Assembly: GCF_046119375.1 (NCBI RefSeq) | Contig: NW_027362768.1 | Coordinates: forward strand, 327,360,001 to 327,424,000 | Direction: 5' to 3' | DNA: 64,000 nucleotides | From: Phyllobates terribilis | Taxonomy: Eukaryota | In this document: positions 47,001 to 59,060 of the stretch, in pieces | Layout: every line of letters starts with the position of its first letter | Numbering within the stretch: position 1 is the first letter of the stretch | Program-made: the position numbers and the translations under genes | The notes under the pieces: model-generated | The model's input: the letters and a program-made list of their open reading frames with translations, nothing else | Database searches by the model: none | Told to the model about the DNA's origin: nothing

Positions 47001-47688
47001 GGCTAGAGATCAGCAAATAAATTGTAAGACCCTGGTCCAGTGGCCTCCAGATCAGAACCCTGTGATTCTCCTACTATCTAAGAATCCCCGGCCCAACGTC
47101 ATGGTACGTTCCTCCACAACATAAGGACATTGTGCCAGACTGATCAGAAGAGGCGCCGTAGGTAACAGGGGGATCGCCATGGACTATTGACGTGACTACT
47201 GGACCACTTCTATTAGAAGGTTATGTACAGCTTCACACAGAATTTTGTTTTTTGCTCATTTGCTACCCTAAATTGTTAGACAAAGTTAGAACATTTTTTA
47301 GGAAGACTATTTAGAAAGTGGTCTACCATTTTGCTGCTGTAAGCAAAAAAAAAAATGCCATCTTTGATCCACTCTCTCTTTTCTCAGTGTTAGAGATAGC
47401 AGCCGGAGAGAGAGGGGGGGGGGGGGAATCATTTACAGTCTCAGGGAGAGAAGAGAAAACAGGTTGCAGAAAAAAAGGAAAGCACATGAAGAGAAAGTCA
47501 GTGCAGGATAGAAGCTGTTCTTATATATAAAGCAGTGAAGACAGCAGCAACCTGGCTACACACAGAGCTCACATCCAGCCTATATTACTGGGAGGAACAC
47601 TCCTATTCCAATGAAAAGCTGCAAACTGATTATCAGAGGGTCTGGAAATGAAGGAAAGAAAGGAAATTGCAGACAAACTTAGAACGAT

Positions 47689-47694
47689 TTTATT
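47689..47694 (-). terminator. DENND6A: Candidate DENND6A polyadenylation signal (AATAAA), implying a ~2.8-kb 3' UTR
   Basis: TTTATT on the + strand. On the - strand it is followed by a pyrimidine/U-rich tract (TTTCCTTTCTTTCCTTCATTT). Other AATAAA candidates exist near 49290 and 49460. Confidence 0.45.
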
Positions 47695-49089
47695 AACCAA
47701 AAGGTACCCACTGATCAGAGCTGATTATTTTTTCCATGTCCATAGCCTTTAAGAAGCAGATCCCCAAATTATTTAATTGGCGATATTGCAAGAATGCTTT
47801 GGTTTAAGTCTATGGTCATCCCATTTTTAACCCTTTATGGCCATTTTATAAATCTGTTCAACTTTGAATTCTATGGTTCAGTAGAATTGCGGGAGGTCCG
47901 GGTACTGCGACCGTAATAAAACCCCGCATTACTCCTGTCTGAAAACAGCCATAAATTAGTTCCCAAATTTAAAAGAAGTTGTAACTTCTATGGTGGTAAC
48001 GTTTATTTCGCCTGTGGGGTAAAGCAATGGTATTTCCCTTATTAGAAATTAGGAAACTGGGTATATATTAGGAGAAATGGCTGTGTATACCTTTCCGATT
48101 AAGAGCTTCAATGCTAAAAATATTGTAATGCCTGTTGAATTTGGGCCCCACTGTCCCCTGTACAGTCAAGCGTAAAGCTAAAAGAGTAACTAAACTGTCT
48201 TCAGTTATCCTCCAAGCATTGCAAAACTATGAATTTTACCTTATTTTGCTTCCTTCTTTACCAAACCCTATGCTGCAGTGCTGTTTCAATAGTCAATTCA
48301 TGCTCCTTTAGAAGATGCTTTCAACTGTTGCTCAAAAAAGATCGATGTAGTATATTCCAACAATCCGAGCACGGGAATAACTTGTCTGAGTACAGAGGTT
48401 GGAAAAAAGAAAGACTCAGACAGGGGAATTCCCATACACATACTATGAAGATCTTTGCTGAGCAGCAGTTAAAAGCAGCTTCTAAAAGAAGGTTTTACCT
48501 CTCTGTATCACAAGTGTCCAAAGCAACAAATTAAAAATTATTTATTGCAGCAAATCTTTATGGGCAGTGGTCTGACTAGGGTAAAACGTACATATAAAAC
48601 ACCAAAAATTAAGTCATCTGATGAGAATTCTCAACCAAATCCTAACGGAATTGTTAAATATTTAAGATAATTGACATAAATTGATAATTACAAAGAGAAA
48701 ATGGTTTCAACGTGTAACAGTCCGGGTTTTGGAAAAAAAAAAACATTTCTACATGGCTGATTATCCGATGCAACTGCCTTGTATACCGAATATTAAGCTG
48801 CCAATTGGTGGGGGTACGGGTCCTGATCGGTCAAAAACAGCTCTAGGGGGCGCTGCTCACAATGCCAAAGAGCTCAATTTCGGCATGCAGTGGTGCACGG
48901 ACACATAGGGCTGGATTCATTTTTTTTTTTTCATACTTTTAGCTGTTTTTTGCCCATTTTTCATTTGTGCTTTTTTGAGTTAATTTTTATGCAAAATGTG
49001 ATTTTATGGACAACTGGAATTTCTGTGTGATATTTTAGCGAAACATTACACTTTGAGTTAAAAACCGTCACAAATGAAATTTTGGACCC

Positions 49090-49120
<31 letters not shown>

Positions 49121-50487
49121 AAAGAGCATTTTCATGGTTTTGCGCAAACTCATGACTCATGAACTATATGCATAGTTTTTAACAATTTGGTGCAAAAAAG
49201 TCAACAGTTATTACAAGTAAAAACCCGCACATGGCTCTGTGCACACACTGCATGCTGGCGCTAACAGTTTCAGCCCGCAGAGCGTTTTATTTTTATTTTT
49301 GAATGATCGGTGGAGGTCTTATTAACCGGACCCCATGAAATCAGCAGCAGCAGGTGTTAGAAGGCATAATATATTAAACAAAAAATAAAAATAAAAATGA
49401 ACGGTACATTTTAAAAGGAAGATCTGTCAACTATTTTAGTAAAAATTCTGGTCCATGATTTTATTATGGTATTGTGCTGTTCCTCTGTTATTCCTCCTGA
49501 AAATGTATGAAAAAAAACCCCAAAAAAACCACTATGGAAATGACCAGGAATTTTCATTACATGGTGAATGTAAGCGATTACTAAGACGGGACACGTCAGG
49601 CAGGCTGATGGGTTGTCTATGAGTCCAAGGCACTACCTATGGCGTAAGTATCAGATTTTGGCTTAAGGGGGTTTTCCCCTCTAAATACATGCATCTACCC
49701 TCCAGGATAGTGGATATGATGGTTGGGGGTCTGACCACTGAGACCCCTAAATGAATGTAGCAATGACCAGCATTTTCAACCATCGCTGCCATTCCATATG
49801 TCCCATATGGGGTTCCACTCACACAGGGGGCTTTGTGACCCCTATTCTCAGGAACGGTGGGGTTTCTATAGTCCGACCCTCCATGATATTGAATATAACC
49901 AGTGGATAGAGAGAAAAACGACCTTACTTTTTCCTCTCTCTCAGCTGCAATCACCAGCAGGTTCGGCACCCACTGGTTTCTAATCGCTGCAACGGATTCA
50001 TCCATGTTACCAGTGTGAACAGCTCCAACCCTCTCCCCAATCCCATAACCAGTGGATAGTAGATGGCGGTATTTAGAGGGAAACAGGTTTTCCCTGCCCC
50101 ATCCCAATACCCGATCCTCACTGCTCATGATGATTAAGTGCATAAAACGGGTAACAAATCTCTTGTTCTTCCTCTTAGAAGGTGAAGGATACAATATGTC
50201 GTCATGATTCCGGATTCCGTTAATGTCCCAACGTCCGTCACGGATTTGCTTTCCGCTTATCTGTGTCCGTATCTTACTGCGCCCATAGCACAATATTATA
50301 AAAATATACCAGATATGGATTCTGCTCTGGGTACAGTAGTAAGGAGGACTCCAGCCTCACACCTGGAGGACCCAAAAAGCACTGACCTAAGGTCGAGTCA
50401 CCGACAGTCAGAAGGGTGCACGATCGCGGCGGCACGGTGCTGCGCTCATACTATGGTCAGTGTCTTATTGCCTTGGCCCCACGCGTT

Positions 50488-50619
50488 TCACGAGCTGGAG
50501 GTCTTCAGTAAGATTCCTTGCAAGTCTTCGGGCAGTTCCTGAATGATGGTGTCCACCTGTCCCTGCAGCCTTGGTATGGTGTCTGCACTTACAGGTAGCG
50601 CCTCTTTTTGTGCCAAAGC
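50488..50619 (-). CDS. DENND6A: DENND6A last coding exon ([14 protein letters not shown]...[15 protein letters not shown])
   Basis: TTTACAG acceptor, 132 nt, [13 protein letters not shown]-terminus, TGA stop. Confidence 0.94.
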   Translation of the reverse strand, partial: ALAQKEALPVSADTIPRLQGQVDTIIQELPEDLQGILLKTSSS

Positions 50620-50729
50620 CTGTAAACAGCAACACCGATTAGCAGGGAAGTCATCAATATGTAGGCGGTTTCCCAAAATTACAAAAGACCCCTTGGTCCT
50701 TTTTAATAAATGCCCGTATTCTTCATAAA

Positions 50730-51176
50730 ATGGATTATTCCCATCGTCATAGATGGACATTGTCAGATAGTGATCGTAAAGACAAGCAATTTTGCAATTT
50801 ACTCTTTATTAAAATATTCATCCATTCTTGAGATATTAACACTTTTCTTTTGTTTACAGTTCGTTGCCTTGGAGACCGACCACCGCTGTTAGACAGTAGA
50901 ACCTGCGCCGTGTTTACCAGCTCTTTTCTAGCTTGTAAGCACTGTTTTTAAAGTTGGCCAGGATCTTTGATACCTCATAATCCCGGCCAAATACAATGCA
51001 GTGCTTATAAGCTAGATCACAGTGGTGGTCGGTCTCCTAGGCAACGAACTGTTAAAAAAAAAAAAGTGTTAATATCTGAAGAACCAGTGCAAATTTTAAT
51101 ATGCAGTAAATTTCAAAAGTGCTTCTTTTACAAGTACAATCCGACAATATGCATTTATGAAGATGAGAGTAATCCT
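50730..51176. mobile_element. TTAA-type MITE (family of 1368-1660)
   Basis: Degenerate TIRs, right end ATCCT|TTAA, internal inverted repeat. Confidence 0.7.
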
Positions 51177-51554
51177 TTAAGGAGCAATTCTGGAGCATCT
51201 TCTCTTATATATATTGTGCCGTTCCTCTATTTCTACAGGAAATTCCCCAGAATGTTAGCAAATGGGGGTGTGTCCCTGCCCACCCGACACTGTCCAATCA
51301 GTGCTGCCAATGTCAGAATGTGTAGTGACACACCCACATAACAAGGGCAATGGAAACGCCCAGATGTCAATTAATTCACACATTTTTATTAGGAACAACA
51401 GAGGAACGGCACAACACAAGGTTATAAAGAAAGGTACCCCAGAATTGTTAGATGATGGGGAATACAATTATTAAGTAACACATACGTCACAAGATTAGAT
51501 TTTGGAGGCTGATCTTATAGGGAAACACTATCACTAGAAGGGGACCACGACGGA

Positions 51555-51925
51555 GGCCCATGGTGGGGGACAATGTACCTGGAAGGGGCTCACGATGAGG
51601 GAACATTCTACCCGGAAGGGGTCCATGATGAGGGGACATTGCACCTTGAAGGAGCCCAGGATGGGGGGACATTGTACCTGGAAGGGACCCACGATGTAGT
51701 GGGGGGCGGGTGTCGACATCATACCTGGAAGGGGCCCACGATGGGGGGGGCGCGACATTGTACCTGGAAGGGGCCCGGAATGGGGGGGGGACATTATAGC
51801 AGGAAAGGGCCCAGGATGAGTGGACATTGCACCCGGAAGGAGCCCAGGATTTGGGGACATGGCACCCAAAAGGGACCCAGGATTTGGGGACATTATACCA
51901 GGAAGGGGCCCAGGATGGGGGACAA
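51555..51925. repeat. ~32-bp minisatellite, reverse-complement relative of 37855-38060
   Basis: GGGGACATTATACCAGGAAGGGGCCCAGGATGGGG units. Confidence 0.85.
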
Positions 51926-51930
51926 AGTTA

Positions 51931-52776
51931 GGGTATGTGCACACGATGCAGAAATGAAGCAGAAAATTTCTGCATCTCCCTGGCAGAAAAAACGCATGCA
52001 GATTGTGCATGCGTTTTTCCTGCAGAATACATGCGGATCCACATGCAGATTCACATGCGTTTCCGCATGCAGATTGACAAGCGCTTTCCAGGCGATAGCA
52101 TCACTTGGAAAGTGCTTGATAACTAGGTCACACTATATAAATCCATGCAAACAGCATGGATTTATACAGTGTGAACCGAGAGAGTGTATATACTTACCTC
52201 CGATGGCCCCCGGTGTCCTGCTCAATCTGTTCTCCCTCGCCGGCAACTTTGAATTGAAAGACCTGCCGACGTCAGCGTCACGTGACCCGTCACATGACTC
52301 TGACGTCACCGCAGGTCCTACAACTCACTGCAAGTGCCGGGAACCAAGCGGGAGCGCTGTGCGGGCCGACAGAAGGTAAGAATACATTTATTTTTTATTT
52401 TATTCTTCTACAGCTTTTTTAATGGTACCTGGGTGTGGATGAGACTCTCCTCTCCTCCACACCCGGGTACCATCCGCACATTAGAACGCACCAATTACGC
52501 AAGTACAGATGCAGTCTTGCGGTATTGGCGCGTTCTAATGCAAGTCAATGGCGGCGAAATCGCCGCGTTTCCGCAAAATTAATTGACATGCTGCGGATTT
52601 TTGACCGCAGCGTTAACGCTGCGGAAAAATCCGCATCATGGGCACAGCACATGCGGATTTCCATTGGGGAACATTGCTTCCCTTCTACCATGCGTTTTTC
52701 ATGCGTTTCCGCGGCGTTTACGCAACTGCAAAAACGCCGCGGAAACGCATGAAATACGCATCGTGTGAACACAGCC
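51931..52776. mobile_element. PIF/Harbinger-type MITE
   Basis: TTA|GGGTATGTGCACACG ... CGTGTGAACACAGCC|TTA. Near reverse complement of 15990-16827. Confidence 0.87.
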
Positions 52777-52868
52777 TTATATGGGGGCGAATACATTTCT
52801 TTATAGGATCTAGAACGCTTGAAATTTTCCACTGGGGCCCATCAGACTCTAGTTACGTCACTGGTTAA

Positions 52869-53059
52869 AGGGGTTGTCCTCTACTGGCTGATTGTCTGCA
52901 GGGCTCATGTGACGCCCCAGATATTGACGCCAGCAGACCAGTAGGTGGACACTGTGCTGAGAGAAGAGGAACGTGGTAGGTCCGGGAGGAGAATGTCATC
53001 TTTTTCTTTCATCTCTCCAGGTCCATTAAGAAGGGAATGTCTAGTAGTGGACAACCCCT
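52869..53059. mobile_element. Small TTAA (T2-type) MITE
   Basis: TTAA|AGGGGTTGTCC ... GGACAACCCCT|TTAA. Confidence 0.88.
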
Positions 53060-53150
53060 TTAAAGAGTTTGTCATTATCTGATGCAAATAAATAACACAT
53101 TGTGCAACTAAAATCATTAAAGCCCATTAAAAGAAGAAATCAGTACTCAC

Positions 53151-53225
53151 CAATTTATTTTTAAGTTTTAACACCAAATCCACAGACTCCACCTCAGTGT
53201 GATCCTGAACCCAGATGAGCAAATC
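53151..53225 (-). CDS. DENND6A: DENND6A exon ([25 protein letters not shown])
   Basis: 75 nt, phase 0/0, TCTAG acceptor and GTGAGT donor. Confidence 0.94.
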
Positions 53226-53964
53226 CTAGAATAAAGATACAAAGAAATGACAACTCGGTCAACCCCATCAATAACGGATATCCACTTTGGATTTGTGTTT
53301 GACACAGTGTTGTAATGTGATCAATATTGTGTGTGTGAAGGGGGCCGGCTCAGTTTTCATTTTCATAGCTAAACCAGCCCCCTAAGTTGTTATGTGTGAA
53401 AGACAAAGGGGGCTGGCTCAGTTATGGAAATGTATGGTAACCAGACCCCTTACCCTTATTTATCATGCGTTTGAAAGATAAGGGGGCTGGCTTAGCTATG
53501 GAAATGAACAATACCCAACTCTCTTATCTGTCATGCATGACATATAATGGGGTCAGGCTAACAGCTAAGAGAGCCCCCTTAGTTGACATGAACAGCCAGG
53601 CAGCCCCCTTCACACACAGGAAAAGTTTATATGGGTCAAACCCAAGCTAGAACCAATGCTAATATCTTGTGATCAGGACACCTTAATTACAATGTAACAA
53701 TAAGTTGTATATCTCTTTCTTATACACCTTTTTACGGTATCACATATCCAACAGTCCCAGACCGAGATGTCCGGACCGGCTGCAGGTCACTTGACCCAAA
53801 AGCAACAGCCTCATACGTGATCCCGAGAACGGTAAGTTCAGGTCAGAACACAGGGGGCCGGTTTGGATATCACGGTCCATACCTGACCTGTTAATATTGG
53901 ACGTGTTTTTACCATTACACAAAAGCGCATCCACACTAGGAAGACCGCCGTTCAATCCAGTTAC

Positions 53965-54067
53965 CTCGTTACAAAGTGCCTCCAGCTGAAGAGCCTCCAG
54001 CTTCTGCGTCATTTCTTTTCTGCGAGCTCTGAACCAGCCGTCAAAGTTTGGAGACTTCAAGAAATGC
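53965..54067 (-). CDS. DENND6A: DENND6A exon ([34 protein letters not shown])
   Basis: 103 nt, phase 2/0, AAG acceptor after poly-T, GTAAC donor. Confidence 0.94.
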
Positions 54068-54275
54068 CTTCATTGAAAAAAAAAAAAAATGGAATAAGAA
54101 TTGGGCTCTTTTCTTACATACACTTATAAAAGGGGTTCAGTACAAGACCCATGTACGTGCGCAGCTCTGTGCTATCCATTCTCAGGAACAGTGGGGAGGG
54201 GGGGGGGGTCAAAGCGATCAGCAAGTTATCCTGTCAGGAACGACATGGGGGGGGGGGGGGTTTAAATCACGAAAT

Positions 54276-55467
54276 ATCACACCGCTGCCACCAATTTGTC
54301 AGAACAGACACGGGGGAGAGAGGGGGTTGGGGAGTAGGGATAATCATACAATATCCCACCGCTGCTGTCACTATCCGGATCGTCAGGGATTCGGCACACG
54401 CACAATCCCGATTACTCACTACGTAGCCATCGGCAAGCAAGCAGTGAGCATATGGCGTACACACCCCTGGATTCCAACACATGGAATATGTGTATATGCC
54501 CCCCTACGATCATTGCCAACTTCACGATAGCCCAAGATTATTCGCTGCCACCACCGATCAGTTTTAAAATATAATACAGGCCTGATCGGACGCCTGCTTT
54601 CTGGTAGCGTATATGGCTTCGGGGGAGGAAACCATTACAGAGCACAAGAAACAGAACTATTAAATTTTATATTTAATCCAAAAGAGAGGCAGTGTTTATG
54701 AAAAATATTCAAAGATTTTACAAAGGAGGACAATACAATACAGAATATACAGTTACACAAAATAAAAGGGATTAATAAAAGACTTACTAGACAGATCGCA
54801 AAGACAATTCAGTTTAGCTGGAGGGGAGGTGCTCCACTTGATTTGACCGTTATCGAACGGGACCCGTTGCTTATAGAATATATACCTCCCGGCATGATTA
54901 TGGATCAATCTTCAGTTGGATCTTTTATGCCGAAGGGGACACTTGCCCACACTGTGATGACCTCACGTGGGTTGGTCCCCGCCCTTCATGGTTTTATTAA
55001 AATAACTAACTTCTGCGATAACTTCTCACTGGTTGATTGCAGAAGTTCGCAAGTGACACCATATTTTTAATTACAAATTTACCTTTCTGTAGAGACCAGA
55101 TATGACATGGCTGCTGTCTGTTATTTTTGTACCTTTGCGCCATAGCTCCCCGGAAGGGCTCACAGATCCGGAAAAATATGTGTATCATTCCTTAGCTGAC
55201 CCTGCCGCTAAAAATGTGTGTCCCATTATTATCGGAAGTATAGAACTTCCGATATTCCATATTTCATGTCGGTTCCTACACGTCTGGTGGTGAGCAAAGG
55301 GAGTTTGCAAATGAGGATGTCCCTGCTATTGTACGGAGTGTGATAAAATTTGTTTGAAGCTTAAACGAGCCTTTTCCTCTTTAGCCAGGTGTCTACTCAA
55401 TACAGCTGTGTGTGCTGCGATTTGCATGGAGACAGCTCCTTAGATTGCCAGCTCTTCTACTCTGACA
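54276..55467 (-). mobile_element. LTR (54297-55467) with an adjacent tRNA-Leu primer-binding site (PBS); internal domain absent
   Basis: Termini TGTCAGA ... TCTGACA. On the - strand the LTR end is followed by AAT TGGTGGCAGCGGTGTGAT, 17/18 complementary to the recalled tRNA-Leu 3' end. Confidence 0.7.
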
Positions 55468-56153
55468 GATGGTAGATAAGGGAGGGGTTTGGGTAGGGAG
55501 AGAGAAATATTTAATATTTACTATGACATCCCCCATCACAGAGATAAACAATAGGTTCCGATTTTGTGAAAACCCATTTCACCACATCCCGTCGCCTCAC
55601 TGACTTCTCACATCCTAGTGGATGTGCCATTTTCCATCAGAAGTCAAAAGGCACAGATTATTCACCGGGTTCAGTGGTCTATATCTTTGTTAGCCGGGGA
55701 AAAAGAAGAAGGAACTAAGCACTGTCAGTGCTTGCAGCATTAACTCTTTACATTTCAATAGCAACCTCTGCATATAAAGAGTGTGACAGAAGAAGACTGC
55801 TCCCTCTGTCACAGTATCAGCTCCCTGCAGCATGATCGTGAGGAGCAAATTGTTGCGAAGGCAATTGGAGGCCTCAACAATGCCATAGAAGACAAAAAAA
55901 ATTGTGCAAAACAATCTATTAGGCAGATTGTCAGTATAACAATGACAGGATAGATAGTGCTACGAAAACTTTCTGTAGAAAATCCAATGCGGCAAATCTG
56001 CCACAAATCACGCCGATTTTGGTGCATATTTGCCCGATGTGAATCTGTATACTCTGCTCTCCCCAACGGTCTCTACATCATGATGATTTAAATGCCTAAT
56101 AAAGAATAGCTGTGAATTAATATGCCATTATAAAAGCCAAGAACAATACTGAC

Positions 56154-56263
56154 CGGTACAGGCCTATCCAGTCTCCTTTTAACCTAGAGGTGAGTTGAGG
56201 TCCCGTCTTCTCTAACGTCTTCATGAACTCCTCCTGACTGAAGGGTTTCAGCTGCGGAGGACT
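56154..56263 (-). CDS. DENND6A: DENND6A exon ([37 protein letters not shown])
   Basis: 110 nt, phase 0/2, canonical sites. Confidence 0.96.
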
Positions 56264-56348
56264 CTGCATGAAGAGTACATGGAGGCTATATAAAAATCCA
56301 ACCAAATACAACAAACTTTATAATTTACAAAAGTCTATGTCTACTGAC

Positions 56349-56402
56349 CTTCCACGGAGAGATGCTCTTCAGCAGAGGCATCAGGCTGGCAACGTATCGC
56401 TC
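56349..56402 (-). CDS. DENND6A: DENND6A exon (ERYVASLMPLLKSISPWK)
   Basis: 54 nt, phase 0/0. Confidence 0.95.
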
Positions 56403-57045
56403 CTACATACAGATAAGTAAGGTTATGGGGTTTGAAAACAAGTATTGGTTGGAGTGGTCTGACTGCGGAGACCCTCACTGATAGACAACGTGGAACTTTT
56501 ATCCCCACTGTGAAACAAAATCCTTTTTGACTCATAGTTCAGAGGGAACTTTTCCTTTGTCTGTGACACTACAGAGCCTACATGTGCCAATAAACCAGAA
56601 GTCCTGGGTACACCATACAAGGTTGTGCTGTATTGATTTCCTGAACGCTCATAAAACAAATCTCATTAATTTGGAGTTCAAAAGGCATAGAAGAGAGTGC
56701 ATCTCGCTCACACCCACTTCAAAACAAAAGCGGCAGGTCGGATCGCCAACTAAACCTCCATTCATTCTCTACGGCTGCGGGAAAAAAATGTCAGCAGCCC
56801 CAAAAGAGAAAGAATAAAGCGGTGGAATATGCACACTGCCGATTTTTTTTAACAGGAGAAAAGTTTCCCGTTCTGCTGATCGGTGTTGGCCTCAGCGGTC
56901 GAACCCCTACCAATCGATAAGTTATCCCTTGGATAGGTGATGAATTGTTTTCAATTGGAGAACCCCTTTAATATGAAAGTATACGGATAATTTTTGGACT
57001 TACCCCAAGAAGAGAAGACAGACGTCAGGAATTATAGCCACTTAC

Positions 57046-57135
57046 CAGAGGAATGATGAAGCTTTGTGTCAGCTCTAAGAAATGACGTCGGAGAATCGCG
57101 TTCTGCGCCTCCGATGGGCGCTTCTGCTGAATTCC
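57046..57135 (-). CDS. DENND6A: DENND6A exon ([30 protein letters not shown])
   Basis: 90 nt, phase 0/0, TTTAG acceptor and GTAAG donor. Confidence 0.96.
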
Positions 57136-57474
57136 CTAAAACAAAGAGTCAAAAGAAGAAGGCGGTCAGCATCCATGTGATACGCGTTACATAATGTAAT
57201 ACATAACAATAATAGGATCAGCTCGTTAACTGCAGCTAAAATGGTCTTATTATCTGATCAGCTAACTGGAAGTGTATGACCACAGAAAACCAAATACAAT
57301 TAGATCCTAAAAAGATTCGGGTACAGATGGATAAGTAGCTAGAGGTCATCTTCTGCCACTGCGGAGATCTGTGGGGACATTCTGCATAATGGAAGGCACT
57401 TTAGGGGATTTTGTTGCAATTTGTGCCAAGTTATTCCAGATATGAAAATTTCAATCTTACACTTATTGTCTCAA

Positions 57475-58720
57475 CAGTGAAATTGCAACACCAAAAAGGA
57501 AAAGTCGTGGAGTTATGGAAGTCACAGGATGGAGAGACATGTAAATTGTGTTTCAAATTTTTCATCATTTGCATATCATTAACATAACATTTTAAATATA
57601 TTCAGCATCAGGCAGAAATCCCCACACTTACAGCCAGTGCGGTTATTAATGGTCTGCTGCGCTGAATGCACTTGAACAAATCATCAAGATCCGCTGCTGG
57701 CAGCTACTTTTGTAATTGCTGACCAATGATGTAATCAATGGGAGACAAGTCCGGAGATGCTGCAGGCCATGGTAGCACGTTTAGGCTATGCAAGTTGCTC
57801 ATAGTAGTACAAACAACAAGCGGCCTGGTGTTATCGTACTGAAAAACGGCTTCTGGGACACTTGCCCAAGTGGTCTCCAGATCAATCTCCAACCATCATT
57901 GCATCCAAGCCAAAAGCAGGACCCATCGCCGAAGAGGAGAGGCCTCCATTGCCGTCTAGCTCTGCACCATGAGAGCCTTTGAGAACGGTGGTGGAGGTCA
58001 GTGGGACTCAGGCTCGTTGCCCAATTTCATGCAAACGCCATCTGAAGGGATGTCTACACACGGACACCTTAAGCTACAGAATGAATGACTACGCATTATT
58101 CTTTGACTCTGACAAGACCACGTGGGCAATGTAGTAAAAAGACCTCCACGAGGGATCGTCACTCCGGTCCTACTCCCGGAATTACAGTGTAGGGTGACAT
58201 AATGTACAATAGCCGGACCCCTCAAGTCTTCTTTCCAGGTACACTAATAGCTCATCGTTACATTAATTTGGTGGTGGAACCAGTTGTACGGCCATTTCTC
58301 CAAAGTGTCCCAGAAGTAATATCTTAACATGACGCCAGGCCGCATATTGCCCATGCTACCTTAAGCATCGCACATAGTCTAAACATGCTCCCATGACCTG
58401 CAGAGTCTCCAGACTAGTCTTCCATTAAGCACATCTGGGACATCATTGGTCGACAATTACAACGGGAGCTGCCAGCAGCGGATCTTGATGATTTGCCCAA
58501 GTGCATTCCATGAGGTAGAAGATTCCTTAAACAACCACCAATAACCTCACTGGCTGTAAGAGCGGGGATTTCTGCATGGGGTGCTCATACTCCATACTGA
58601 AAAATTCAAGAGGTTTTTGAAAATTTTGTTTCCATCATTTACAGATGTCTACTCACCCTGTGATTTCCATAATGCCACGGCTTTTCCTTGTGTTGCAACG
58701 TCAATGTTGACAGCGAAAGA
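57475..58720. mobile_element. Tc1-derived element with inverted copies of the transposase 3' end
   Basis: WPAASPDLSPID on the - strand at ~57740-57780 and a homologous + strand copy at ~58390-58440. 57600-57700 is the reverse complement of 58465-58590. The outer boundaries are approximate. Confidence 0.7.
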
Positions 58721-58924
58721 GAAAAATACTTTACAATGTTCTCACGGTATTAAAGAGATATTGCAATGGTCGGGTGTTAAATATTGGAGTGACGTGGTTT
58801 TCGCTGCTGGGATTCCCACAGAACAAAAAATAAAATAAGGGACTTAGGTCTCGCGCAGTCAGGAGTTGACAGAAGCGGCATATGCGCCTTGTCGCTCCAT
58901 CTACTGTCTATGTGAGTGACGAGC

Positions 58925-59060
58925 AGGGGGTTGGACCAGATGACCCTTGAGGTCCCTTCCAATTCTACCCTTCCATGTTTCAATGGACCAGGATTGAGGA
59001 GGGGTTGGACCAGATGACCCTTGAGGTCCCTTCCAACTCTACCCTTCTATGCTTCTATGA
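58925..59060 (+). mobile_element. Two tandem CR1 3'-end fragments
   Basis: GGGGTTGGACCAGATGACCCTTGAGGTCCCTTCCAA(T/C)TCTACCCTTC occurs twice, ending TTCTATGCTTCTATGA (CR1-type tail). Confidence 0.75.

Noticed and set aside
49637-50293. 218-aa - strand ORF in the DENND6A 3' UTR
   Set aside because: It runs across MITE-derived sequence, shows no recognisable domain and lies downstream of the main stop.
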